Origin: Sminthopsis crassicaudata
Lineage: Eukaryota
Assembly: GCF_048593235.1 (NCBI RefSeq)
Contig: NC_133618.1
Coordinates: forward strand, 631,426,889 to 631,490,888
Length of the DNA: 64,000 nt
Direction of reading: 5' to 3'
Under the pieces are notes generated by a model that worked only from the letters and a program-made list of their open reading frames with translations, ran no database searches and was not told the DNA's origin. Positions within the stretch are counted from its first letter, which is position 1. The number at the start of each line of letters is the position of its first letter. Shown in pieces: positions 35,708 to 48,900 of this stretch. Made by a program: the position numbers and the translations under genes.

Positions 35708-38700
35708 AATTAGAACAGTAGAAGATCTCAATTTACCTCTCTCAGATTTAAATAAATCTAGCCAAGAAATAAAGAAGTTAAGGATATAAATAGAATTTTT
35801 GAAAAATTAGATTCTGGAGAATGATGAATGAGAATAGAAAGGAACATACCTATTCTCAGCTGTGCATAGGACCACACATGCACAAAAATGGACCATATTA
35901 GGGTATTTAAAAAACTTCAAATGCAGAAAAGCAGAAATATTAGTTTTCCTGATCATAATACATTAAAAATTTCACTCATTAAGAGGGTTTCTGAAGCTCT
36001 CTGAAGAGGAAAAAAGAATGATCTTTGCTGTTTGTACAAAGCGTTACCATTTTCAAAGTACTTTTACATACATTTCTGGGAATGTAGACTCTGAGGCCAC
36101 TAACTCAAAGTGTTACTGATACTGACAGGTTGGGAAGTCAGAGGGCAGCCAGCTGCATCTTCCCTCAGCATTCTGGGGCAATAGTGAAGGATGGGGGTTC
36201 TCTTTCTAGTGTTAATTGTTCACCAGTCCCTACCTGTGTGACCTTCCCATTGATTTACCAGATGATATCAATTATACAGATAGACTTAATTAGCTTTTAG
36301 AAATGAATATTTACTGTAGTAGTAAGAGAACATTGGTTAGTGGTAAAAAATATTCCCCAAACTAGACACTCTTCTACACATACATATAAATTCAGGCTTT
36401 TAAAGAACACTTATGGCAAAAGTGGAACATGGATACTACTTTTTAGAGATACCTTTCTACTATTTGGAGGAATAGAAGGATAAAAAAAATACTTGTCTTC
36501 CCTACCTTCAGGTAGGGCACAGCCTTCAGCAGGCTTCCTTATGGAGTCCTAAAGCTGCCTTGCCTCAATATTTCTAGTTTGTCCTTGGCTTCTGATTCAG
36601 ATCCTTCAATCACGTATGGCAACACTGCTATGTGATAGTGATGCTGCCAGCGTGAACATGGAAAGTCTAAAATCTTCAAAGCTGTTACAGTTCACAGAAT
36701 CCCCTGGTCAAGGGTGGGTGTGAAGCCAGAGATTTTTTCCTTTGGTTTTGGCTAAAGCTTGTTCCATGGGTGGGCCAGACAGTGGAATACTGGATTCATA
36801 ACTGTTTTGTTCTTTATCCAAGACCAGAGGACATCACTGAGTTTTTTTAGCCAGTTTCAATATACTTCTTGGGTAGCATTATTCACTTCATCCAGTAACT
36901 TTCAATCCTTCCAAATAGATCAAGGACTTTTTTGCTTCTAGATTAATGCTCATGATTGATCGATTCAAGAAACGTGTTTTCATGTAAAAAAGACATTTGT
37001 GCTAAAGCATCTTTTAGTTTAAATGATTGAACAAAATTCTCTCTTTATACAAGTAATCCTCACAGCAACTATAATGTATGTTGAGCAAAATTATTTCTAA
37101 AATGTAGAGAGGGCATTCAAAGTCACAGTCAGAAATAACAGAACTAGCCTCAGAACCCAATTAACTGCAATTATTCTCATAGTTAAATATTTGGATCTGA
37201 TTATAACAGATTAATTCTAACTTGTAAAAAAGACAAATAATTTTGTAATTAATTTTATTAGTAGCCCACAGGTATGTTATCAAATCCAACTTGTACCAAT
37301 CTTCCCTTGCAATTTCTGGCTTCTGCCTTTTTCTTTTTCTTTTTCTTTTTTTTTTATCAGAATGCTGTGCTACTTAGCCACTTCTCTTTTCAGTTCTTTT
37401 TTTCCTTCATGATACTCTGTCTCTTATTCCCAAAGATTTCACTTCTAAATGAAGAATGTTTTAAATCCCTCTCAAACTCATCTATCTTTAAGACACAGAC
37501 GTATTAATCCCTAAACTCTTTTGACTCAGTAAAAATTTTTTAGCATATAACCGATATAAGCTTATTTATTTATAAACTATATATAAATGAATTATACATT
37601 ATAAAATTGAGTCAAAAATTAGTCAGTAGACAATGTTTTACAATTATTCTCTAAAAATTTACTTACTAAAAGTTTAAAAACCTTGTGGTCCAACTAAAAT
37701 CAACTTTACTATTATTACTATTATTTTTGGGAACAGGATGCAGTGTAGTGTATTTTTTCATTCAAATTAATCTTGGCTAGAAATTCTGGGACACCTTACA
37801 ATTTGAAGGTAGGTTTATTTCTTTTGTTGGTTTTGATGACTATAGCTGACTAGAGACACAGAGATTCACATAGGAGAAGGGCAGTTCTGGCCGCACTGAC
37901 AAAAATCATAATCATTTTCCAGTAAATTTCCATCTTCATTCTATCAATTAATTGTTCTTATAAATTAAACATAATGTGTTGCATTTTTTATATTTTTTAA
38001 TAAATGGTTTTAAAATTTATTTAAATCCATATATTAAGTATTAATAAAACTTAATTTTTCCTTTTTCAAAGATTAAAAAATATAAACTGAAATTCTAATA
38101 TTTTTTCCCCACATTCTAGGGAACTGTCTTATGTTCTCATTTTGGAGTAGGTAATCTCTAAGGTCCTATGAAATCCCCCAAACTATGCTTTATTATATAC
38201 AGTTCCTCAGAGGGTTAGTTTTACACTTTAACAAAACTACCGGTGGGATTTTTAGGGCAAATATCATCTTGCTATGTAAACACACATCTTTTCCCCTCAA
38301 AAGCCCCGTCCAAACATATGTTAATTCTGAAAAAAACATTTTTGTTGTGCTTTTTATTTTTCTCTTGGTTATAAAGTAAAAAAAAAAAAAAAGAAATTTA
38401 TACTGAAACCAATAATTCATTTTAAGCAGATCACAAAACAGAAGAAAATTTTGTATTCTGAAGTTCATTTTTAAAATTTCATTTAAAACAACAAATTTGG
38501 GTGTTAGGAAAAAATCTGATTAGATTATTTAGAAATAATATCACATCAATATCAATAAAATGCCTCAATATTTTAAACATTTTTGTTTATTTGCATTTTG
38601 TCTGCCTTGAGAAGGTAGTGCAGCCCATCTCATTTTGGGGGTCGACATATGGTAGAATTTCTGGGTAATTAAATAGCAAATTCACTAACAAGCTTTCAAG

Positions 38701-41129
38701 AGAGCATGTTATATTTCACTCTACAGTTCAGGAAACTGAGGCTTGGAGAGAAGTGACCTGTCCACAAGCGGAGAACTGATACCTGTCAGCCTCGGGACTC
38801 AGACTTGCCATTGGACCTAAGTCCAACGCTCTTTTCATGAACAAGATGCCAATTTCCCCAAGCTTGCTGAGACCTTGTCTGTGGGAGTGATTTCTAAGGC
38901 TCCATCCTTTGCAGTTCTGAAGTTCTTGTGGATACAAAGATGCTTTCTGTTTGCCAGATTTGTTACAAACAACAAATGTAAACACAACATAAAAAGCTCC
39001 ACAGATTTTCTTCTAAAGAATGGAAAAAAATCAACAGATAAATACATGCTTCCTAGCACTCTTCAGAGTGTAGCAGATTTCCTAAGAGGAGCTCCACTTT
39101 TAATGAGGGCCAGCTAGATCCCTGGAAAAGTGACCAATGTTATTTCACAGCAGCGAGCAGACCCGTCCTAACTGTACTCTGGATAACTTCCCTCAGGAGC
39201 ACGAACATGGACTCAGCCCAGGAGGGTCTTCTCAAGTTGACACATTCTATGGGGGTACAGAAACAACAGGGCTGGCACATGCTGAGCATCTTCTGGCCTC
39301 TGTTTAAATGCCCAGCTCCGGACACATCCCATAGTGGTTTTATGGGATCCCTGCATAATCCTATGACTATTCTATTAAATCATAAAAATATAATAGTAGC
39401 CAAATCTTTTTGTAGTTTCAGTTTATTGCTTTCTCAAGTGAAATAAATGGTCTCTCAGATTTCTTTTGCTTTCATCTTTCTGCATTAAGTACAGTCGGAT
39501 GAGGTTCCAATTAGGGTCCATTAAATGCTCAAACTGATTCATGAGTCATTTTAAAGTTTCTTTTTCTAACCATGTATACATATGTGTCTGTCTGTCTGAC
39601 TGTCTGTCTGTAGCACATTGCTGGGTTAGCGGTGACCCCTGGAGAGAGACGACTTCTGGTTTTTGGCCTCTCCCACTCCAGCACCCGCCAAGGATCATCT
39701 GCTTGTCACCTGCTAGGTATAACCATTTGAAGAACAGTCACCACATGTGGGTTCCCTCTTTGGGAAAGGAGGAGGTGAGTAATGGAAAGCTGGCAGCTAG
39801 CAGACATTTATCTCTAGGCAACAAACCCTTACCAGCTTTGGAAAAATTGGAAATATTAAAGAGTTTCGAGATGTTGCTCCATATAATGTGGAAGCATCTT
39901 CTTATGGGAATGGTTCTTCTAAAAATGGCAGACAAGACCCCTTCTAAGAAATGTCAGGGGGTACTTTCCTGGGAATTCAGAGCTTTTTCTCTTTCTCTTG
40001 TGGTCTTACAAATAGAAACAGGATAGGGATAAGCCTTCTAGCTTCCATTAAATCATAATGAGTAACTGAAGCTCACAGAGTGCAAATGGCTTATTTAAGG
40101 TGACAAAATGTTCCAGAGCTGGTTTATCATTCCAGTCTTTCCTATTAGAACACATTATGGCCCACATGCCTTAAAAGGGAAGCAGTCCAAGAATTCACAA
40201 ATGCTATTGGCAAAAAAAAAGTACTTTTTGTTTTAATTTTCCAGTCAAAGTAGTATCAGGGATGAGAGGACCTGAATGGACTTTCTTGTATGCTAGATGC
40301 TAAATAATCAAATGACATACAAATAGGCTCCAAAATTCAGGAAAACGGAAATTTTTAAAATTCATGTGATTTGAACTGATCCATAAAAACAAAAGATTAA
40401 CATAGTATTCTTTAGAGTAGCATAGAGTATAGGCCATGATATGGCCTGGTAGAAAGACCATGACATTTATTATTTTAAGCTTTGTATCAAACACTATCTG
40501 TTTTTTATCCCATGGCACTTTGTTAATATGCTCATCTTTCCCTGAATAAACCTTTCTGGGCAACAGAGGAAACCAGTCACAAAATGGCCTGGAGAATGAT
40601 GGTCTTTGTTGCATTCTGTTCTCAGAGTCCAGAGGAGATGACAGACATGGAATTTAGGTGGAACCAGATGCAAGTTCTAATTCTAACTTGCTATAAAAAC
40701 AAATAATTTTCTTTCTTTGAACCCATTTCTTATCAAGAAGAGGAGGGGGTTGAAACTCTTAACATCTACAGTTCCTTTTAATTGCAATATGCTAACAGCC
40801 TGTTATATTGATATATCTGGATTGGGTTTTATATTTCTCAAGTTCTCAATGGGTAGGGGAGGAAGTTAAGGAAATGGGGAGAATCTGAATCTGAAAATTA
40901 AATAAAATTGTAAGATGAAAAACAATAAGCTGAACGAACGAATGAATATATAAAATTATGTTGCTTAAAAAAAAAGATTATGATATTCCATTAGTGGGCT
41001 GTGCTTTACTTTACACAGGATGGGTGTTTCTGAAAAGTTGTACATAGATGTTTTGAAAAGTAAACAAAATCACATTATTTAATGACCTCAAAGAATTCAC
41101 TATTACAAAAATTAATCCTATGATTATTT

Positions 41130-41450
41130 TATTCTTATAAAATATATTTTTTCTATTATAGTATTTTATTTTTTAAAATATTTGCAATGATAGTTTTCAA
41201 CATTCACTTCTGCAAAACTTTGTGTTCCAAACTTTTCTCTTCTTTCCCTGCTCTCCTCTATCTAAGACAGCAAGCAATCTGATATAGGTTAAGCATGTGC
41301 AGTTCTTCTAAACATGTTTCCCACATTCATCATACTGCACAAGAAAAATCAGATTAAAAGTGAAAAAAATTGAGAAAGAAAAAACCCAAGCAAACAAACA
41401 ATAACAACAAAAAGCAAAAATACTATGCTTTGATCCAAATTCAGTCAAGG
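41130..41450 (-). mobile_element. Degraded L1 3' UTR fragment
   Basis: Matches the marsupial L1 3' tail pattern also seen at 27500-27700, 48125-48450 and 62580-62770. Confidence 0.65.
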
Positions 41451-41610
41451 ACTCATTATTTAAAGGCAAAGGAGTGGAAAGGTAAATTCTCCCATAAAGT
41501 AAAAAGTCAATGATCGATTAATAAACTTTCTAGTTTGGTTTTTCATATATCAGGTTCTCTTCAATGGACATGCTTTTTAATTTGTGATAATCCAGGTTAT
41601 TCGGTCAGGG

Positions 41611-41641
<31 letters not shown>

Positions 41642-42260
41642 ACTAAGTTTGTAAGTTAACTATCCAGTAATAACAAATCTTGTCTAAAAGGGCTCATATA
41701 AGCGTGCATCCTGATCCCTGGCTTTCCTTTGGCTAAAGCAATCACAACTTCAATCAAAACAAAATTAGAAAACTCTTTCTATAATTGGATTCTAAGACAA
41801 ATCAAGAATCACAAAACCAGAGAAACAGGTTTGAAAGCAATTGATCTCCTTCTCTTACATTTTTAGCCCCAGATTTAGTTAAGGAACTTTGCCAAACCCA
41901 GTAAAATGTTTTAAGGCTCATATATTCAAGGTGGTGATAATCTCTCCTGCGACAGCACTCCTAGAAAGAGCTGCTTGTAATGACTCACAGTCGAACTCTG
42001 GATTAATCAGTTCAATCCAACAAACATTTACAAAGTGCCTAATAACCTCAGGAAGACAACTAGTACAAGTGCTAGTAGACCTATTTTGTAGATAACTCTC
42101 CTCCTCAAAAGAACCCTGAAGTTCAGAGATTAAATGATTTGCCCTGTCCCCAAAGCTGGAAGGTGAAGTCAGGTGTTTCGCTTGACTTTAAGGGCAATAC
42201 TATTTCCTATAGATCATACTGCTGCACATTTCCTACCCTCCAAGAATTTACAGTTTAGTC

Positions 42261-43107
42261 TAAGGAGTGATTTCTTTATTTTTTTTTATTTTTTTTTTAT
42301 TTTTATTTTTTATTATATATATATATATTTTTTATAATATTATCCCTTGTATTCATTTTTCCAAATTACCCCCCCTCCCTTATTCCCTCCCCCCGACGAC
42401 AGGCAATACCATACATTTTACATGTGTTACAATATAGTCTAAGTACAATACATGTGTGTGAATATCATTTTCTTGTTGCACAATAAACATTAGAATCCGA
42501 AGGTACATGCAACCTGGGCAGACAGATATTAGTGCTAACAATTTACATTCCCCTCCCAGTGTTTCTTCTCTGGGTGTATCTACCTCTGTCCATCATTGAT
42601 CAACTGGAAGTGAGTTGGATCTTCTTTATGTTGAAGATATCCACTTCCATCAGAATACATCCTCATACAGTATTGTTGTTGAAGTATACAGTGATCTTCT
42701 GGTTCTGCTCATTTCACTCAGCATCAGTTGATTTAAGTCTCTCCAACCCTCTCTGTATTCCTCCTGCTGGTCATTTCTTACTGAGCAATATATTCCATAA
42801 CTTTCATATACCACAATTTACCCAACCATTCTCCAACTGATGGACATCCATTCATCTTCCAGTTTCTAGCTACAACAAAAAGAGCTGCCACAAACATTTT
42901 GGCACATATATGTCTCTTTCCGCTCTTTAGTATTTCTTTGGGATATAATCCCAGTAGTAGCGCTGCTGGGTCAAAGGGTACGCACAGTTTGATAACTTTT
43001 TGGGCATAATTCCAGATTGCTCTCCAGAATGGCTGGATTCTTTCACAACTCCACCAGCAATGTATTAGTGTCCCAATTTCCCCACATCCCCTTAAGGAGT
43101 GATTTCT
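42261..43107 (-). mobile_element. Relatively young 5'-truncated L1 (ORF2 C-terminus + 3' UTR + poly(A)) with perfect 15-bp TSD
   Basis: TAAGGAGTGATTTCT at 42261-42275 and 43093-43107, T-rich tail from 42276, and TT/AGAA nick site on -. The minus strand reads as the ORF2 end (GCGKLGTLIHCWWSCERIQPFW...FDPA..LLGLYPKEILK...MFVAALFVVARNW). Confidence 0.92.
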
Positions 43108-44084
43108 AATCTGAACATTTTAGTATGGCTACATTTCTGGCTCTACTGACAGCTTCTTACTAGTTCTTTGACTCAGTTCCCTCAGGATGATTGGTCAGTC
43201 TTGTAATGCACCAGGTCTTAGGGAGACAAGTCCCTCCTTTGAATTCTCTCTGGAGGAAAAGCAGAACCATCCAATACTAGAACAAGAACAGACTCTGGAT
43301 GTGAAATGAGGCCCCTGAAAGTAGAAAGTAGAAAGAACTTGCCAGGGGTCATCAAGGACCAGCCCAGCCCAGCCTCATATCTGCCAGTTCAGCACTCACT
43401 CTTCCATGATAAGATTCTACTTATGAATGAAGTTGGGTTTCTGTTTTTTCCTCCAAAACTTCCTGTCTTGACAGAGGTGTTTCCTATGTCCTAATAACCT
43501 ATCCTCAAGTGATTAATTTGAGAGGCTCCTTTTATTTTAGTCCCAGGCAGGGCCCAGGACTGTTTAGATTAACTAATGGTCTTTGGTTAAACTTTGACTC
43601 AAGATTCCTCCTACCTTCATTTACTTGATGTCCATTTGACATCAGAATCACAGACTTTCAAGGGAGCAAACAATCAGCTGCTGAAAATGTAATCCACTAT
43701 TCCCAAATTTCCTGTCCTTCAGACCTCTGCTTAAGAGGTCTGGATTTGTGTCTCCTGAAAAAGTTGCTACTTTTTTTGTGAGCAGCAGCTCCATGGCAGG
43801 AGGTGATAAATCAATTGGATGTCAGCTTTCAGTCCTGGGCTAGTGACTATCCTGGCCTTTTAGTGTTTCTGCTGTGGACTGCTGATTAGGGAATGTGAAG
43901 CTGTCTACAAGCTGGCCTCTACTCATTTCTAGCATCTTAATTACAGGGAAGCAGCAGTATGTAGGGGAAAGCCATTGGAATGTGGGGATCCAAAGCTCTG
44001 CTTCCTTTTATACTTACTATGTGCCATCTGTAAAATGGGAAGATAAAAATCCCTGCTCTGCTTGCCTTATTAGCATTCATATTT

Positions 44085-47000
44085 ACAAGATTTTGAGTTC
44101 TAAATTTTTCTCCCTCCCTCCCCTATACACTCTCGTATAAGATATTTTCATATTTGTCACAGTTGTGAAAGAAGAAACAGATCAAGAGGGGGAAAATAAT
44201 GAGAAAGAATAAGTGAAAAAATTGCTTTGATTAGCAATCAAGGTCCATCAATTCTTTAACTGGATGTGGACAGCATTTTCCTTTGTGAGTGCTTTGTACT
44301 TTTCTTGGATCACTGTTGCTGAGAAGAGCTTCATATTTGATTATCATACAACGTTGCTAGATTGTGTACAATGTTTTCCTGGTTCTTCATTTTTTCATCA
44401 GTTTATACAAGTCTTTCCAGATTTTTCCAAAATCTGTCTTCATTATTTCTTATTGCACAATAATATGCCATTACATTCATATACCACAGCTTATTCAGTC
44501 ATTCCCCAATGGATGGACACCCTCTCAAAATTTCTTATATTTCACATCATGGAAAGAGCTACTATAAATATCTTTTAAAATGTAGGTCTTTCTCCCTTTT
44601 TATGATCTCTTTGGGAAAAAAATCTAGTGGTGGTATTGCTGGGTCAAAGGGCATGCATAGTTTGTCCAAATTATGCACCCATTTTGACCTTATCTTACTA
44701 TACAGCGTGAAATATTGGTCTATAGCCATCTTTTGTCCTATTGTTTCCCAGTTTTCCCAGCAGTTTTTATCAAATAGTGAGTTTTTATCCCAAAGGCTGG
44801 AGTCTTTGGATTTATCAAACATTAGATTACTATGGTCATTAACTACTGTGTACCTAATCTATTCCACTGATCCACCACTCTATTTCTTAGCCGGTATCAG
44901 ATAGCATTTATGCTTTTAATACAGTTTGAATTCTTTTTATTTTTCTAGATGAATTTTGTTATTTTTTTCCTAGCTCTATCACCTAAGTAATGCTCTGGCT
45001 GCATCTCATAAATTTTGGTATGATTTCTCATTGTTGTCACTTTCTTCAATGAAATAACTGATTGTTTTTGATTTGTTCTTTGATCCACTTATTCTTTAGG
45101 ATTAGAATAATATATCTTTCCACAGTTCTTTGTTGAATATGATCTGAAAAAAAGAATACATTTAATATTTCTGCCTTTCTACATTTGCTTTTGAGATTTT
45201 TATGCCTTAATACACGGTCAATTTTTGCGTAGGTGCCATATGCTGCTGAAAAAAGGTGCATTCCTTTACATTCTCATTCAGTTTTCTCTACAGGTCTATC
45301 ATATCTAACTTTTCTAATTCTGTTTATTTCCTTAGTTTCTTTCTTGTTTATTATTTTGGTAGAATTTATTGAGTTCTGATAGTCTTGCTATCTATTTCTT
45401 CCTGTAACTCACTTAACTTCTTTAAGAATGTGGATTAGTAATACTTCATTGTTTGTCACTGAAGTCCCTTCTCAAAATAAACTGCCAAGCAATCAAACTC
45501 TACTGCAGAGAGCACAACTCTGTTAGGCTGGCCACATTGTTCAAATGTCAAATGTATGCTTGTCTAAAAAAACATTTTATGGAAAACACACAGGATGAGT
45601 GCTCACAAGATGGTCAGAAAACAACAATACAAGGATACTCTCAAGTTATTTCTTAAAAACTGTAGAATCAATTGTATGACATGAGAGACACTGGCAAAGG
45701 CTACCCAGCATGGAGATCCCTCATCAGAGAAGGTGCTGTGTTCTATAAGCAAAGCAGAATTGAATTAGCCCAAAAGAAACACAAGATGCACAAAGTTAGA
45801 GAAACTTCCCCAAATGTTCATATGGACTATTTGTGTCTGACCTACGGTAGAGCACTCTGAACTTGTATTGGACTGATCAGCCACAGTCGGACATACTGTA
45901 AGACTAACTTGACTCTAGCACAGTGATGTTATTTTGGTCCTGTTTGAGAACAAAGGACAATAACCAACCTTTTAAAGAAGAGTTTTTGCTAAGATTTCCT
46001 TCCTTATCTCTTTTAATTAGATCTATTTTTGCTTTTATTTTGTCTGAGGTCAGGATTGCTACCCCTGCTTTTTCATTTTTTTAAACTTCAGCTAAAGCAT
46101 AAGAGATTTTGCTTTAAAACATTATCCTCTTTATGTCTCTCTGCTTCAAGTGTGTTTCTTGTAAACAATATGTTGTAGGATTCTGATTTCTGATCTATTC
46201 TGCTATCTGATTTCATTTTATGGGAGAGTTCATCCCATTCACATTCAGTTATGATTACTAACTGTGTATTTCTTTCTATTTTATATTCCTCCTATTTGTC
46301 CTCTCTTTTCACCTTTTCCCTGCTCACTGTTTTACTTCTATTAGTGCTTTTGATCTGTTCTCCCTTGTCAGTTTCCCACCTTCCTTTACTTACTCTCCTA
46401 ACCTTCTATTTCCCTCTTAGATAAGATAAATTTCTATCTTCAATTAATTGTGTCTATTATTCTATCTTTGAGCCAATACTGAAGACGGCCCATTGTCCAC
46501 CCTCCCATCTTCCCTTCCACAGGTTTTTTGCACTTCTTCATGTGAAATAATTTAATATATTCTATCTCTCCTTTCCTTCTGAACCCAGTATATCCCTCTT
46601 TAAGGGATAAGAATGCCTTAATTATTTTTTCTTGTCATTCTCTCAAATTCACCTTAAATCTGAAGTCTCTATCTAGGTATACTCCTTCTAGCTTTTTTAT
46701 TAATGATGAAATTTCTAAGAATTACAAAATAGCACTTTCCCACTTAGGGATGTAAACAGTTTAGCTCTACTGAATTTTTTGTTTCCTTTTCCCTTTTTAC
46801 CCATTATGCTTCTCTTTTAGTCTTATTATTAGAGACCAATTTTTTGGCTTAATTCTGGATTCCTTATGAAAGCTTGAAACTTTTCTATTTCATTGAATGA
46901 CCATCCCCTTCTCTCCCCCCTCCCCTCCCACCACTACAATATATTATATTTAGTTTTGCTTGGTAAGTGATTCTTAGTTGTAATTCTAGCTCCCTTTGTC

Positions 47001-48100
47001 TTCCCAGGATATCGTGTTCCATGACTTCTGGTCTTTTAATGTTGCAGCTACTTAGTCCTGTGTAATCCTGTTTGTGGCTCCGCAATGTTTGAATTGTTTC
47101 TTTTCTGGCCACTTGCAATATTATTCCCCTTGACCTGATCTGAAACTTGGCTATAATGTTCCTTGAAGTTCTCATTTTAAGATCTCTTTCTTTAGGTTAT
47201 TGGTGGATTCTTTCAATGCCTATTTTTGTTCTCTGGTCCCAGAATATCAGGGCAGTCTTTCTTGATGATTTCTTGAAAAAAATGCTGTCCAGATTTTCCT
47301 TTTGATCATGGCTTCCAGAGAGTCCAATGACCCTGATATTATCTTTTATAGATCGTTTTTATTTTTCTCCCATGAGGCATTTTATATTTTCTCTCCTATT
47401 TTCCATTCTTTCAAATTTATTTGATTGATTCTTAATGTTTCATAGTCATTAGCTTCAACTTGTCCAATGCTAACTTTAAAGGACTTGTTATCTACACAGT
47501 ATCTTTTGTATTTTCTTTTTCAGTTTGGCCAATTGTACTTTTAAGGAGTTGCTTTCTTCAATGGATTTTTGTACCTCCTTTTCCATTTGGCCAAATTCTA
47601 CTTTTTTATGCACTTGTTTTCTTTTTCTAATCTGTTGATTCTTTTATCATAATTCTTTTGTATCACTCTCATTTCTTTACCCAATTTTTCTTCTATTTCT
47701 CATATGGTTTTTAAGTTCCTTTTTGAGCTCTTTCATGAGTTCTCAGTTTGAGATGACTTCTTGTTTTACTTGAAGGTTCTACTCATAGATATTTTGACAT
47801 TGCTATTGTCTTCTGAGTTTGTGTCTTGATCTTCCTTGTCACTATAAAAATTTGTATCATTAGATTTTTTTTTTTGCTTTTTTACTAATCTTTTTTTGAT
47901 TCTTCTCTTTCTTCCTTGTGTTGAACTAATGTTGCCATGAGATCCATGGATGACCCTTGTATTTGATCCTGCACTGTGAAAGTGTAGTGCTATGGGAGTG
48001 TCTAGGAGCAACTTATCTGTTGCTGAGCTGGGGTTCTAGTGCTGGAACTCTGGCCTCTGGAGGCTGAATATTTGCCTAGGACTATGCTAAAGCATGGGAC
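44085..48100 (-). mobile_element. Old, internally deleted L1 (3' UTR ~44085-44700, ORF2 remnants, ORF1 ~46850-47800)
   Basis: ORF track peptides 44562..44822 (LDKLCMPFDPAIPPLDFFPKEII), 45046..45261 (FSAAYGTYAKIDRVL, EN) and 46885..47175 (PRNIIAKFQ-like ORF1). Confidence 0.85.
45421..45970 (+). mobile_element. RTE-clade LINE 3' fragment nested in the L1
   Basis: Degenerate RTE C-terminus: LRxAGHIVxM-like, GQKxxYKDTLK-like, PAWRSLIREGAVFYKQSRIELAQKK and a terminal C2H2-like YLCLTYGRAL..IGLISHSRT. L1 EN sequence continues on both sides. Confidence 0.82.
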
Positions 48101-48124
48101 AATTCTCAAATGTGGAATCTGCCT

Positions 48125-48900
48125 ATTCTCCTTTTTATTTTCAAAATATATAAATAGATAATTTTCAACATTCACCCTTGCAAAACCTTGTGTTTCAATT
48201 TTTTTTCTACCTCCCTCTCCCAGCCCTTTCCCTAGATGGCAGGTAATTCAATATGTGTTAAACATGAGCAATTCATATATATATATATATATATGCACAT
48301 ATATATATATATATATTTCCATAATTATAATGTTACACAAGAAAAGTCTGATGAAAAAGGAAAAAAAATGAGAAAGAAAAGCAAGCAAACAACAACAAAA
48401 AAATGAAAATACTATGTTGTGATATACACTCAGTTCCCCCAGGCCTCTCTCTGGATGCAGAAGGCTCTTCTTCATCACAAGATCATTGGAACTGGTCTGA
48501 ATCACCTCTCTGTTGAAAAGAGCCACATTCATCAGAATTGATCATCATATAAATCTTGCTGTTGCTGTGTGCAACGTCTCTTGGTTCTACTCACTTTACT
48601 CAGCATCAGAGTATAAGTCTCTCCAGGCCTTTCTGTTTATTGCTCCTTATAGAACAATAATATTCTATAGCATTCATATACCATAACTTATTCAGCCATT
48701 CCCCAACTGAAGGGCGTCCACTCAGTTTACAATTCCTTGCCACTATAAAAAGGGCTGCCACAAACATTTTTGTACACATGGGTCCTTTTTCCTTTTTTAG
48801 GATCTCTTTGGAATACAGACCCAGTAGAGACACTGCTGGATGAAAGGGCATATGCACAGTTTGATAGTCCTTTGGGCACAGTTCCAGAATGGTTGGATCA
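48125..48900 (-). mobile_element. L1 ORF2 end and 3' UTR fragment
   Basis: ORF 48606..48857 (MPFHPAVSLLGLYSKEILKKEKGPMCTKMFVAALFIVARN) is the L1 ORF2 C-terminus. Confidence 0.88.

Larger units (their letters stand above)
33420..35990 (+). mobile_element. Degraded 5' portion of L1 (ORF1 and start of the ORF2 endonuclease), interrupted by an N-gap, a templated insertion and a hAT element
   Basis: A-rich ORF1-like sequence, and ataactgtgaatgtgagtgggatgaattca at ~34711 resembles the EN motif ITxNVNG. Many stops and frameshifts. Confidence 0.8.

Noticed and set aside
41615-41900. Long poly(T) suggesting a minus-strand retrocopy
   Set aside because: No TSD, no poly(A) signal and no identifiable parent sequence.
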